Positions 37,288-48,467 are shown, counted from the stretch's first letter. The stretch is 64,000 nt of DNA from an uncultured Gammaproteobacteria bacterium (GCA_964494885.1 CAZBTH010000004.1:6459-70458), one strand, 5' to 3'. Made by a program: numbers and translations. The notes: generated by a model from the letters alone, not told the origin.

Positions 37288-38365
37288 TATAGTAATGAAT
37301 ATCAACAACCTTTTCTTCGTACCCTGGATAACGGCAGCTATCTTGTCTTTCTTGGCAACCCCGATTGTTATAAAATTTGCCGGCAAGTTGGGTATCGTTG
37401 ACGATCCAAAACTTAATAAACACGCTAAAGTTATTCATACATATCCGGTTCCCAGAGGCGGAGGAATCCCGATCTTTGTCGCGTTAGTTATCTCTATTCT
37501 GCTTTATTTACCGATAGACAAGCATATTGTCGGAATTTTGGTAGGGGCTACTATTTTGGTCGTTATGGGTTTTCTTGATGATAAATATAATTTGAATCCT
37601 TATTTGAGATTATTTTTGGGTTTTGCGGCTGCGGCGTCGCCAATTGTTGCCGGAATTGGCATTTCTTTTATAAGTAACCCCCTGGGGGGAACTATCAATC
37701 TAAGCCAACCTCAAATAAATTTTACTTTTTTGGGAAACCATAGCATTTGGGTTTTGAGTGACTTGTTTGCACTTTTTTGGATAACTTTTTTAATGAACAT
37801 TGTAAATATGGGAGCAAAAGGAGTCGATGGACAAATGAGCGGAGTAACCGTAATTGGCGCCCTAACGATTGCCTTTCTTTCTCTAAAGTTTTCGGCAGAC
37901 ATCACCCAGTGGCCAGTTATTATTTTGGCGGCCATTACAGCAGGTTCATACTTGGGATTTTTACCTTGGCATATTTTTCCTCAAAAAATCATGCCTGGTT
38001 ATGGAGGAAGCACCTTGGCAGGATATTTACTGGCCATCCTTTCTATTATTTCCACAACCAAAGTTGGAGCGTTAATGGTGGTTTTGGGGGTGCCTCTAAT
38101 TGATACTGGCTATACAATTATTAGAAGGATTGCCACCGGCAAGTCTCCTGTTTGGGGAGATCGGGGACATTTGCACCACAAATTGCTTGATGCAGGAATG
38201 AGTAAATCTCAAGTCGCTGTTTTTTATTGGATAATTACCGGGATATTGGGTCTTGCCGCCATTAATTTGAATACGGGTGAAAAGATATATACAATGATCG
38301 GTGTAGCGACACTAATTGGAGGATTAATAATATGGCTTACTTACAGACCCAAAAAGAAAATATAG
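37271..38365 (+). CDS. WecA/MraY-family polyprenyl-phosphate N-acetylhexosamine-1-phosphate transferase (GT4)
   Basis: GFLDDK, NMGAKGVDGQ, multi-TM; MraY/WecA/TagO family. Confidence 0.85.
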   Translation: MAFLDSIVMNINNLFFVPWITAAILSFLATPIVIKFAGKLGIVDDPKLNKHAKVIHTYPVPRGGGIPIFVALVISILLYLPIDKHIVGILVGATILVVMGFLDDKYNLNPYLRLFLGFAAAASPIVAGIGISFISNPLGGTINLSQPQINFTFLGNHSIWVLSDLFALFWITFLMNIVNMGAKGVDGQMSGVTVIGALTIAFLSLKFSADITQWPVIILAAITAGSYLGFLPWHIFPQKIMPGYGGSTLAGYLLAILSIISTTKVGALMVVLGVPLIDTGYTIIRRIATGKSPVWGDRGHLHHKLLDAGMSKSQVAVFYWIITGILGLAAINLNTGEKIYTMIGVATLIGGLIIWLTYRPKKKI

Positions 38366-39291
38366 TTCTTTCAGCCATCAAGTTGGCACGGCCTATTCAT
38401 TGGTTAAAAAATCTGGGACTTTTCGCGGCTCTTTTCTTAACCGGAATGTTCTTCGATAAAATTGCCTTTAGAGGAGTATTATTGGCCTTTATTGCTTTTA
38501 ATTTTGCCACCTCGGCCACTTATATTGTTAACGACATACTTGATGCGAAACGCGACAGGCTTCACCCCATCAAAAAATACCGTCCTGTAGCCTCAGGGGC
38601 CATGCCTGTTGTGTTGGCATTTTTGGAAGCTGTTGTTCTTGGCCTTTTTGCTGTTTTTGTCAGTATTTCTTTAAACTCTCTCTTCTTTTTTACTATTTTG
38701 TCGTACCTCCTCCTGCAACTATTCTACAGCTTGGGGCTTAAAAATATTGCTATACTCGATATTTTGATAATTGCTACTGGGTTTATTATGCGTGTATATG
38801 CTGGAGCTTTCGTAATCGATGCACATCTTTCTGTTTGGTTTTTGCTTTGTGTAATCTCAGTAGCTCTCTTTCTGGCCTCAGGTAAAAGACGTGCCGAGCT
38901 TAATTTATCTCAGGAAAGCGACATCCTGACGAGGAAAAGTTTGAGCAACTACAAAAAAGAGTTGTTGAATTCATATGTAACAATGTTTGGAAATGCCTCC
39001 TGGATGAGTTGGGCGCTATTCACTTTTTTTGAAAGCCCGAAGGCCACCCTTCCATTTTGGCTGGTTCTTGCAGAGCTAAGTAGAACTACCACTATTAACA
39101 AACTTTTGATGTTAACTATCCCCGTAACAATTTTTGGGATAATGAGGTATGAATATTTAATATTTGAGGGCAAAAGCGAAACTCCCGAAAAACTTCTTCT
39201 TTCCGACCGCGCACTCATTATTGCCGTTGGCCTTTGGGTAATTGTAGTCTATTGGGTTTTGTATAGCGGAGTTTCTGCAACCGCAATTTAA
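38332..39291 (+). CDS. UbiA-family prenyltransferase (decaprenyl-phosphate phosphoribosyltransferase-like)
   Basis: NDILDAKRDRLHPIKKYRPVASG (NDxxDxxxD) in first cytoplasmic loop, 8-9 TM. Confidence 0.75.
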   Translation: MAYLQTQKENIVLSAIKLARPIHWLKNLGLFAALFLTGMFFDKIAFRGVLLAFIAFNFATSATYIVNDILDAKRDRLHPIKKYRPVASGAMPVVLAFLEAVVLGLFAVFVSISLNSLFFFTILSYLLLQLFYSLGLKNIAILDILIIATGFIMRVYAGAFVIDAHLSVWFLLCVISVALFLASGKRRAELNLSQESDILTRKSLSNYKKELLNSYVTMFGNASWMSWALFTFFESPKATLPFWLVLAELSRTTTINKLLMLTIPVTIFGIMRYEYLIFEGKSETPEKLLLSDRALIIAVGLWVIVVYWVLYSGVSATAI

Positions 39292-40196
39292 GTCGACGGG
39301 CTGGCGCTGGCTGTGGCATTACTTTCGGAGTCTGTTTTCATTTTAGAAAATTCATCTGAAATCCAACCCGTTATTCCATTTGGAAGACCTGCTCGCGGTT
39401 CCTGGTATTGAATCTTGTGCCAACCAGTTCCTGAATCTGTCTCCAAAAGCAAAAATATTTGTCCCGGCTTTACCTCTGCAATCTCTTCCCCATTAGTACC
39501 TGGTTCTGTCCTGACTCTAAGAAAACCGGTTGGAGTCTTAAGTATCTCCACATATTTTTTAACAGTAGCCTGAGATTCGTTCTGTAAACTTTGCGATGCT
39601 TCATGTTGAGAACTTTTTGCTAATTTAACAAAAATTGTTAAACGATAGCCAACGACCGTTTTAAGAGTCATTATTCTGTCGTTATAGCCGGGCGCTTTAA
39701 CTGTAATTTGATGCTCGGCGGGGGAAATTGTCGAAGTTTTATACGGAGTAAAACCCCTAGGTACACCATCGAGTGATATTTGTGCATTCTCGGGAGTTGA
39801 AATCGCTATTAAGCTGGTCTCTTTGGGAGCAACGTTGTCAAACGAAACAATATCTCCCGAAGAAGAGTCTTCGGTTTCTCCAAATTCACGCCTGATTAAC
39901 GTTTGAATGCCGGGAAGAAGTGTGACTTTGGTTTCAAACGGGAGTAGTTGATCCCCTCCGTCGGGAACCATTTTAATCAGCGTTTCTCCGGGTTCGTACA
40001 CACCCTTAAACGGTGTTTTACCGACAATTGTTCCGTTTAAATAGATGGTGGCAGAAGGTGAAGTCTCCACCATTATTCCAGCGGGCTTTGATTTAAAGTA
40101 ACCGAACAGAAAAAATACTGCAACCGCAAGAAACGACAAAGCGATAAGTGTGGCGGCAACAACCTTAAAAGTTTTCATTGCCCCCGAGTTTAGCAA
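39288..40196 (-). CDS. membrane-anchored PEGA-domain protein with C-terminal SH3-like domain
   Basis: N-terminal TM, two PEGA-like beta modules (IYLNGTIVGKTPF; ISLDGVPRGFTPY). Confidence 0.65.
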   Translation of the reverse strand: MLNSGAMKTFKVVAATLIALSFLAVAVFFLFGYFKSKPAGIMVETSPSATIYLNGTIVGKTPFKGVYEPGETLIKMVPDGGDQLLPFETKVTLLPGIQTLIRREFGETEDSSSGDIVSFDNVAPKETSLIAISTPENAQISLDGVPRGFTPYKTSTISPAEHQITVKAPGYNDRIMTLKTVVGYRLTIFVKLAKSSQHEASQSLQNESQATVKKYVEILKTPTGFLRVRTEPGTNGEEIAEVKPGQIFLLLETDSGTGWHKIQYQEPRAGLPNGITGWISDEFSKMKTDSESNATASASPST

Positions 40197-40239
40197 AGTT
40201 TTGAGTTAACGTCGAGCTTAAGCTACAATAGGACTACGC

Positions 40240-40315
40240 GGCCGGATGGTGAAGTGGAAACACGGGAGTCTGCAAAACTTCTATCGCGCGGGTTCGATTC
40301 CCGCTCCGGCCTCCA
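40240..40315 (+). tRNA. tRNA-Cys (GCA)
   Basis: acceptor GGCCGGA/TCCGGCC + discriminator T + CCA; anticodon stem GGAGT/ACTTC, loop CTGCAAA; T-arm GCGGG TTCGATT CCCGC; 76 nt. Confidence 0.8.
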
Positions 40316-40353
40316 ATTCCTTCAAATATGTTGTCGTGCTAGAATAAACAAAG

Positions 40354-41196
40354 ATGAAAAAGACTGTCCTGCAAAGCAGGATCTGGCTCTGCCAGATCCT
40401 AACAACATTTGTGCTCTGTGCTTTGTACTTTGTACTTAATACTAGTATTCACGCTCAAACCTTCGACTTTAATAAGGCTTATCAAGACCATCTTTACAAC
40501 CTAACTTTATATAACCAGGCCTATTCAGACTACCAAGACGTCAAAAACTCCTATTTGGCCAACAAGACCCTTTCTCTTAAAGAAGATGCCAGACAAAAGA
40601 CTCTCAACATGCTTAAGTCCAGAGATCAGATGATGATAGTCTACATGCAAATGCTTAAACAAAAAATTGTTGAGGACAAGGGCCTAAGCGGTGAAGATAA
40701 AAATAACATATTTGTTAAAATAGACTCGGAGATCGAGTGGTATAAAAGCGACAAAGAAAAATACAACCCCAATGACTCTTTAGAAACCTTATTCGGGAGA
40801 AGCGAGGAGGCCCGCGTAAGATATAAATCCAATACCCTTCTTACAATCGACGAAACTCTGGTAAATATCGGCCTGGGAGAAGAAATTGCACTGAGGAATG
40901 ACCACGAGTCGGTGTATTCTACTTTAAAAACAGCTATCGATACCGGAGTGGCTGTGGGAAAACTTACGCTTAATCCGTTTAACCATTGGTTGACAGATAT
41001 CGATGCAACGGACTCACTACTTAAACAAAACGAGAGTGATGTGCGGATACAGATTCGAAAGATATATGAACAATCATACTCTCCTCAGGGAAGTTTTGAG
41101 GCAAGCATTGAAATACTAGGCCAGGGCGTTCAACAGCTTTTCCAATTTAACGAATTTTTGACAGAAGTATTGAATTATATAAAAAATCAACAATGA
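40354..41196 (+). CDS. secreted hypothetical protein (280 aa)
   Basis: signal peptide ending HAQT, helical. Confidence 0.5.
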   Translation: MKKTVLQSRIWLCQILTTFVLCALYFVLNTSIHAQTFDFNKAYQDHLYNLTLYNQAYSDYQDVKNSYLANKTLSLKEDARQKTLNMLKSRDQMMIVYMQMLKQKIVEDKGLSGEDKNNIFVKIDSEIEWYKSDKEKYNPNDSLETLFGRSEEARVRYKSNTLLTIDETLVNIGLGEEIALRNDHESVYSTLKTAIDTGVAVGKLTLNPFNHWLTDIDATDSLLKQNESDVRIQIRKIYEQSYSPQGSFEASIEILGQGVQQLFQFNEFLTEVLNYIKNQQ

Positions 41197-41624
41197 ACAA
41201 CCAAGAAGTTAATCAAGACATCGCACAGCCAAAACCGAAGAATTTCATCGGCAACTTGGTCGAAAAAATAAAGGTGGTCCTATCCAAAATTTGGGGTTTT
41301 ATTCCACTTCCGATCAAAAACATTCTCATTAAATTCTACACAAATAAAAAAGTCTTTATTCCTGTCGCGGTTGCATTTGGCCTGATATTTTTGATTGTCA
41401 TTCTAGGACTGTTGTTCGGTTCGAAGAGCGCACCGATTGTTATTGTTCCCCCCAAGAAAACTCTGACACCGTTTGTAGTAACAACACCGGAAGCCACGCC
41501 AAGCGGAGATATATTATCGGTAACCGAGGTCAAACTGAGAGAACTGAACAATCGGATTAATTCACTTGATGTTCGTCAACAAAAGCTTTCACCTCCGATA
41601 ATTGACTATGACGTGAGCTTCTAA
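41193..41624 (+). CDS. membrane-anchored hypothetical protein
   Basis: 143 aa, one TM, 4-nt overlap with upstream gene. Confidence 0.45.
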   Translation: MNNQEVNQDIAQPKPKNFIGNLVEKIKVVLSKIWGFIPLPIKNILIKFYTNKKVFIPVAVAFGLIFLIVILGLLFGSKSAPIVIVPPKKTLTPFVVTTPEATPSGDILSVTEVKLRELNNRINSLDVRQQKLSPPIIDYDVSF

Positions 41625-41671
41625 AAAAAATTTGACTTTGGGTCTTCACACAGGGTACAATTACGACTTGT

Positions 41672-41693
41672 CCCGCTTGTGCGGGATTTTTTT
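41672..41693 (+). terminator. rho-independent terminator
   Basis: CCCGC-TTGT-GCGGG hairpin followed by ATTTTTTT. Confidence 0.7.
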
Positions 41694-41750
41694 GTACCCT
41701 TCCGTAGCTTCAGAAGCGAAGGAGGGCTCTGCCTCGCTGAGCGGGGTGTT

Positions 41751-42443
41751 ATGAAAAAATTTAGCCTCGAACTACCCAAGTACCGCCTTGCGATGCATTT
41801 TCGCTTAATAAAAAGGCGGAAACCGCTGTTGGTTGAGCCCGTGTTGCCTACAATTGCCCTTATAAACAAAAAATACAGGAAAGGTACACTCATAGGAAAG
41901 GTGATCAGACACGTAAGCGGGCACAAAAGCTCAAGGCGCATCATGGCTGCCAACTTTGCCACTTTTGCAGTAATTTCATCATTTCTCCCATTTAACCAGG
42001 TCTCAGACGTCAGTGCTTTTGAGAGTTCTTCCCCTCCTGACCAGGTGATTATTGAAACACAAAACACCCTCGAGACCCAAAAAGGAACCCAATTCCCTCT
42101 TTCTCAGGTAAAAATCAACCAAGGTTATAGCTATTTTCACCCGGGGATCGACTTTGGTGCAGAAATAGGCGACCCCATAGAACCTGTCAAATCGGGTGAA
42201 GTAATCGAGGCCGGATATTCGTCCGACGGATATGGCAATACAGTAGTCGTAGACCACGGCAAAGGTTTAACCTCCCGATATGCCCATTTATCCAAAATCG
42301 AAGTTAAAGCCGGCGATTTAATCACCACTAACACTGAGATAGGTAAAGTGGGCGTTACAGGACGAACCACAGGACCTCATCTACATTTAGAGGTGTATCA
42401 AAACGGCTCCCCACTTAGTCCCTTATCTGTAATTCCTAGATAG
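41751..42443 (+). CDS. M23 (LytM) family peptidoglycan endopeptidase
   Basis: HPGIDF...VVDHG...HLHLEV; start moved to MKKF after terminator (ORF track starts inside the hairpin). Confidence 0.8.
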   Translation: MKKFSLELPKYRLAMHFRLIKRRKPLLVEPVLPTIALINKKYRKGTLIGKVIRHVSGHKSSRRIMAANFATFAVISSFLPFNQVSDVSAFESSSPPDQVIIETQNTLETQKGTQFPLSQVKINQGYSYFHPGIDFGAEIGDPIEPVKSGEVIEAGYSSDGYGNTVVVDHGKGLTSRYAHLSKIEVKAGDLITTNTEIGKVGVTGRTTGPHLHLEVYQNGSPLSPLSVIPR

Positions 42444-42571
42444 TATTCCCACAAGAACGAACTATCTATTTTCTAACGATCTCCATAAATACCCCCACAC
42501 AATTTGCCTTTCGCCTTTTCAGAACTGTTCGTTCACGGCTCAAGGCACATTTTGCGCGGGGCAAGCCAACT

Positions 42572-43168
42572 TTAACGATCCTCAAGCGATCGCCATAGAT
42601 ACCAAGAGGCCATTGTTCTATATGGGGACCAGTGTTTTTGAGCAAATTTAGCCGACTTAACCTTGTCCCATTTTTTACCCGTGACCTTTTCAAATCCTTT
42701 TTTAATGCCAAGGTCGTCAACCGGAAAAACATCAGGCCTGCCCAAACCAAACATTAGAAACATTTCTGCCGTCCAACGTCCAATTCCCTTAACAACAACT
42801 AACTCCTTTATCACTTCTTCATCGGGAAGATTGGCTAGTTTCTTTGTTTGGAGTTCGCCGGACTTAGTCTTAAGGGCTAAATCTTTAACGAAAGATACTT
42901 TTCCCCAACTCATACCGCAATCTCTGAGTTTTTGACCCTCAATCGCGATTATAGAATTGGGATTTATTTTTCCACCAATAGCTACTTTAAATCTTTCGAA
43001 AATCACGTCTGCTACTCTACCCGAAAGTTGCTGACCCACAATATCTCCACATAAACTTTCAAAATAATCTTTATGGACACTCGGTTTTATGGTGCAATGT
43101 CCCCACGTTTTGATCAGAGGCGCAATATATTTGTCTTTTAGAAGAAATTCTTCAGCATCTTTCCACAT
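42572..43168 (-). CDS. alkA: HhH-GPD DNA glycosylase (AlkA-like 3-methyladenine glycosylase II)
   Basis: IVGQQLSGRVA, GIGRWTAEMFLMFGLGRPDVFPVDDLG helix-hairpin-helix with catalytic Asp. Confidence 0.8.
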   Translation of the reverse strand: MWKDAEEFLLKDKYIAPLIKTWGHCTIKPSVHKDYFESLCGDIVGQQLSGRVADVIFERFKVAIGGKINPNSIIAIEGQKLRDCGMSWGKVSFVKDLALKTKSGELQTKKLANLPDEEVIKELVVVKGIGRWTAEMFLMFGLGRPDVFPVDDLGIKKGFEKVTGKKWDKVKSAKFAQKHWSPYRTMASWYLWRSLEDR

Positions 43169-43200
43169 TTGAACATTTTATCAGATTTTCGTAGTATCAT

Positions 43201-44046
43201 TTGAGTATGGAGACCTTGAGTTTAAATCAGAAGAAACCCGACAGTTTTGCCAGTTCTCTAACAGAAACTGTTATACAAAACAGAAAAAACCTTTGGATAC
43301 ACGGAGGTATTGGTGACATAAAACAGGGTTCATATCCCGTCGAAATCATGCACTTTCCGAACAAAATCGGTCTGGAAGTTGACATTTCCAACATAGATGG
43401 CCCGGAAAATGAAGGGAGGGGGCCGTACGAAATATATAAATTGGCCCTAGGTTTAGAAAACAACGTTCTAATTTCAAATAAAGATCAGCAAATATTAGTT
43501 ATCGACAGCCACATGTTTGCACTACCTTTTTTGTTAAATTTGTTTAATTCGAGGAAACTTTCAGGAGGGGCTGAAATGCAGCATATTGACGACCACCAAG
43601 ACTTAGGTACATGCGGCTTAAATATTGACGACCTCAAAAACAAGTCAGACGCTCAAGTCATGAGAACTCTTTATGAGGAGACTAGTCCAGGTACCTGGTT
43701 ATATAACCCTTTAATCGTATCGGGTCTTGTTGATTTCTCAAAATGGCAGTGGAGGTACTTAGATACGACCTCTCTGGCCTGGAATACTTTTGCAATGGTG
43801 AACAAATACGGAAAGATGGAGAAAACACCTTCACCCAACTTATATCCAACTATTTTAGATGTTGATATAGATTTTATACGTCCCGCAGAAAAAGGCTCTG
43901 CTCACATGTTAAAAAAAAGATTAGATGAGGTGGTTGAGGTGGGGAAAAATGCAAAATACGTAATAATTGCAATAAGCCCTGCATATATAAATAGAGGAAG
44001 GGCAATTGAATATACGAAAGGGTTAATATCTGGTCTCTTAAAGTGA
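43201..44046 (+). CDS. hypothetical protein, possible arginase/deacetylase-fold (UPF0489-like)
   Basis: His/Asp clusters IDSHMF, HIDDHQD, LDVDIDF reminiscent of binuclear metal sites; family assignment tentative. Confidence 0.45.
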   Translation: MSMETLSLNQKKPDSFASSLTETVIQNRKNLWIHGGIGDIKQGSYPVEIMHFPNKIGLEVDISNIDGPENEGRGPYEIYKLALGLENNVLISNKDQQILVIDSHMFALPFLLNLFNSRKLSGGAEMQHIDDHQDLGTCGLNIDDLKNKSDAQVMRTLYEETSPGTWLYNPLIVSGLVDFSKWQWRYLDTTSLAWNTFAMVNKYGKMEKTPSPNLYPTILDVDIDFIRPAEKGSAHMLKKRLDEVVEVGKNAKYVIIAISPAYINRGRAIEYTKGLISGLLK

Positions 44047-44071
44047 GCTCCAGTGTTTTTGCGGTTACTTG

Positions 44072-45715
<1,644 letters not shown>

Positions 45716-45785
45716 TTAGAGTGAAAGAGTCGAAGAGTGTAAGTTTTTCTTTACTTAAACTCTTAAACTCTCTTGCTCTCCTGCT

Positions 45786-46082
45786 CTAAGCGGTCTCTAC
45801 CGCGAGAACATCCTCAAACTTCACAAACAAATACTCTTTTCCTTCAATTTTAACTTCATTCCCTCCCCATTTTTTGTATAGAACAACATCTTCAACCTTC
45901 GCCGGAGACTCAATTTTTTGACCGTCGGATACCGTGGCAGGTCCGATTGCTAAAATTTTTCCTTTTTGGGGTTTTTCACCTGCGTTTTCTGGTAAATAAA
46001 TTCCACTAGCTGTTTTGACCTCTTTTTCCAGGGGTTCGATGAGAAGGTATCCTGCGGTTGGTTTTAAATTAAGTTTTGCCAT
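45786..46082 (-). CDS. groS: co-chaperonin GroES
   Basis: MAKLNLKPTAGYLLIEP...SGIYLPENAGEKPQKGKILAIGP; start trimmed from ORF track to Met downstream of CIRCE. Confidence 0.85.
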   Translation of the reverse strand: MAKLNLKPTAGYLLIEPLEKEVKTASGIYLPENAGEKPQKGKILAIGPATVSDGQKIESPAKVEDVVLYKKWGGNEVKIEGKEYLFVKFEDVLAVETA

Positions 46083-46129
46083 TTCGTTTTGAAATTTAAG
46101 ATATGAAAATAAATTTGTCAAGAATTAAT

Positions 46130-46156
46130 TTAGCATTCTTAACCACTGAGTGCTAT
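46130..46156 (-). promoter_or_regulatory. CIRCE operator (HrcA binding site)
   Basis: TTAGCATTC-N9-GAGTGCTAT vs consensus TTAGCACTC-N9-GAGTGCTAA, immediately downstream of -10. Confidence 0.8.
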
Positions 46157-46183
46157 TTTACGAATACTTTCAAGCTATGTCAA
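46155..46183 (-). promoter_or_regulatory. groESL sigma70-type promoter
   Basis: minus strand reads TTGACA-17nt-TAAAAT. Confidence 0.75.
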
Positions 46184-46186
46184 GTG

Positions 46187-47086
46187 CTATATGCTCGCCT
46201 CGTGGAGTCCCGAGCGAAGTCTGCTCATAACGACTTTACTCCAGTCTTGAGGATGGAATAAGGCGCGGGTGGCGGTTATTACCTCGCAGGTGATTTTTGA
46301 TCTCATGTGGTTGTACTGTAATTGAAAAGATATTTTTTCAAACCATGTAAATAGTATATTGTATATCGTATATTGGTTCTTGTTTTTCCCTATATACGAT
46401 TTACTATATACCATATACTTTTTGTCGACAGAATTTGGCCAATATTTCAAAATCCATTTGTTTTTGTACAAAAACTTCTCATACGTTTTCTGCTTATTCA
46501 CGAGTGGAACTATCTGAGCTATTTCATGAGCGGTATAAATATTGCGCTCCTTCCACACCAAATCACTCTCGTCTAACCACATGTTTAGACAGAGCGCATC
46601 CCGCTGGTTGTTATCATTCGGTTTGCGCAGTTTATAACGAGTAGCAAACAGTGTAAGGTAAACGAACAAACGAGTAGTCCAGAGATTTCCCGCCTTCGTA
46701 ACAATCATTAAATCTATGTCACTTATGTCATCGGAATTTTCCATAGCCAACGAACCAGTTACTGCCACCACTCTTATTCCTGGCACACGGGACAGGGTTT
46801 TGGCGGCCTTTTTGGCAATTTCCATTTTTTTCGCAGAAATTCTTTGACGAAAAGATTTTTTGTAAATTAACCCTTCTCTCCCTTCCAAAAAATAGTAACC
46901 GTTGCGTATACCAACTCCACGATTATTAATTTTTATGTCAACCGAATTTGTTGACCTCCATTTGATTATCTCGGAAAAACTCAATGGGCAATCGAAACAA
47001 TCATGATAAACAACTGATTTGATTTCATCTGCTAAAAGTTTTTTTGGAAGGAGAGAATGCAGATTTATGGAGTAAAGATTGGGCAT
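46187..47086 (-). CDS. nucleotidyltransferase-fold protein (Pol-beta/LicD-like)
   Basis: VTGSLAMENSDDISDIDLMIV matches GS...DxD NTase signature; 299 aa. Confidence 0.5.
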   Translation of the reverse strand: MPNLYSINLHSLLPKKLLADEIKSVVYHDCFDCPLSFSEIIKWRSTNSVDIKINNRGVGIRNGYYFLEGREGLIYKKSFRQRISAKKMEIAKKAAKTLSRVPGIRVVAVTGSLAMENSDDISDIDLMIVTKAGNLWTTRLFVYLTLFATRYKLRKPNDNNQRDALCLNMWLDESDLVWKERNIYTAHEIAQIVPLVNKQKTYEKFLYKNKWILKYWPNSVDKKYMVYSKSYIGKNKNQYTIYNILFTWFEKISFQLQYNHMRSKITCEVITATRALFHPQDWSKVVMSRLRSGLHEASI

Positions 47087-47093
47087 AAATTAA

Positions 47094-48467
47094 CTATTTT
47101 GCAATGAGTCTGTATTGGGTCAATACTTGGGTCACTCCTTGAGCCAAGGGCTCCAGGGCCTTTGTTGGTGTAGTATTACCATCTGACATAGAATTTATTG
47201 CGTCACCAAAATAGTTAGCCATCTGAGAATTTATACCAGTAGGTCCATCAAAAGTTCGTGAAGCCAGATACCAACTGGATGCCCCCGGAGCCTGCGATAT
47301 AATTGAACCCAAAATAGGATGGGTATTCAAAAGGTTTGCCATATCCACTCTCGAATACGGCTCACCGAAAGATCTGACTTTAGACTCGTTTTGGAATAAC
47401 TTTTGAGCAGAATCCTGCGTACTTAAAAATTTAAGAAAGTCCCACGCCACTGCTTTTTTGGTACTTTTAGACCATACACCTTCAACCCAATATGTTGCGT
47501 AGGTTATATCAGGCTGACCTGTGCTTTCCTTAGGAAGTTGGGGAACAATAACTGTTTTAAACTTTAGGCTGGGATTTGCCTGAGTAATTTCAAAAAACCT
47601 CCAACTTGGACCAAAATACATAGCCAATTTACCTGCAGCAAATGCCTGGGTGGAGGGAGGAAGTGTGACATCCCAAACTCCGTCCATGGAAGAAAAATAA
47701 GTGAAAAAACTAAGTGCGTCCTCGGCAATTTTGCCCGTCGGGTTTGATAAATCGACCCCATTCTGAATCATCAGAAGGGCCAGAATCTCCGGCCAATGGT
47801 CCACGTTTTCGGTTCTCCCCATTGCTACCCCCGATTGGGTGATCGCCCCTTGATCATCTTTAACAGTTAATTGGCTCGCAAGACCCCTAAGCTCATCCCA
47901 TGTTGTTGGCGGGGTCTTTCCAGCCTTATTAAAAATATCCTCATTTATGTATAGCGCCAATGCATCGTATTCAAGAGGGATGCCCACTATTCCCGTACCC
48001 ACCGTGAGGTCTGAGGAGGCTACAGGGTAAAATGTTTTTGCGTATTCGGCAGGACTCATTGTCGAGAGAGGAAGAACATCGAGATCGTTTCTAAACATTG
48101 GCACCCAAGTATTATGAAATCTAAATATATCCGGGCCTGTCCCTTTTGCGAGAGCGTTGGTTAAGCGTTCCCGATAATCCTGAGGTGATTGTTTTACATA
48201 TGTAATTTTTACGTTTGGATGAGAGGACTCATATTCCGATATCAAAGAGGAAACATTGCTTTCTTCCTCCCACAAACTCCACCAAACAATTGAAGAGGAT
48301 TTTGTTGCGGGTTTAGCAAAAATTCGAAATAATACAAACACCAATACGAGAACCACTACGCCTAGTCCGACCCAAATTAAAATCTTGGGAAATTCCTTTT
48401 TTGGAAGCGGGGGAAGTATTCCAGAACTGGTTGTTTGTGGTGGTTGTGGTTTATTTTGTGGGGGCAT
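47094..48467 (-). CDS. membrane-anchored extracellular solute-binding protein (SBP family 1, sugar-type), orphan
   Basis: Pro-rich N-term, TM, then SBP_bac_1-like domain; no adjacent permease/ATPase genes. Confidence 0.7.
   Translation of the reverse strand: MPPQNKPQPPQTTSSGILPPLPKKEFPKILIWVGLGVVVLVLVFVLFRIFAKPATKSSSIVWWSLWEEESNVSSLISEYESSHPNVKITYVKQSPQDYRERLTNALAKGTGPDIFRFHNTWVPMFRNDLDVLPLSTMSPAEYAKTFYPVASSDLTVGTGIVGIPLEYDALALYINEDIFNKAGKTPPTTWDELRGLASQLTVKDDQGAITQSGVAMGRTENVDHWPEILALLMIQNGVDLSNPTGKIAEDALSFFTYFSSMDGVWDVTLPPSTQAFAAGKLAMYFGPSWRFFEITQANPSLKFKTVIVPQLPKESTGQPDITYATYWVEGVWSKSTKKAVAWDFLKFLSTQDSAQKLFQNESKVRSFGEPYSRVDMANLLNTHPILGSIISQAPGASSWYLASRTFDGPTGINSQMANYFGDAINSMSDGNTTPTKALEPLAQGVTQVLTQYRLIAK

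Noticed and set aside
40254-40439. 61-aa ORF
   Set aside because: It lies on top of tRNA-Cys (40240-40315) and the following leader, so it is not coding.
41679-41750. ORF-track start of the M23 peptidase gene
   Set aside because: It begins inside the upstream intrinsic terminator hairpin/U-tract, so the start was moved to the Met at 41751.
42515-42535. Possible LexA (Cheo-box) site CAGAACTGTTCGTTC
   Set aside because: The Cheo box needs GAAC-N4-GTTC. Here the spacer is 1 nt, so it is not a credible LexA site.
46083-46121. Longer GroES start (MTNLFSYLKFQNE...)
   Set aside because: It would place the start codon about 9 nt after the CIRCE operator with no RBS. The conserved GroES N-terminus begins at MAKLNLKP (46082).
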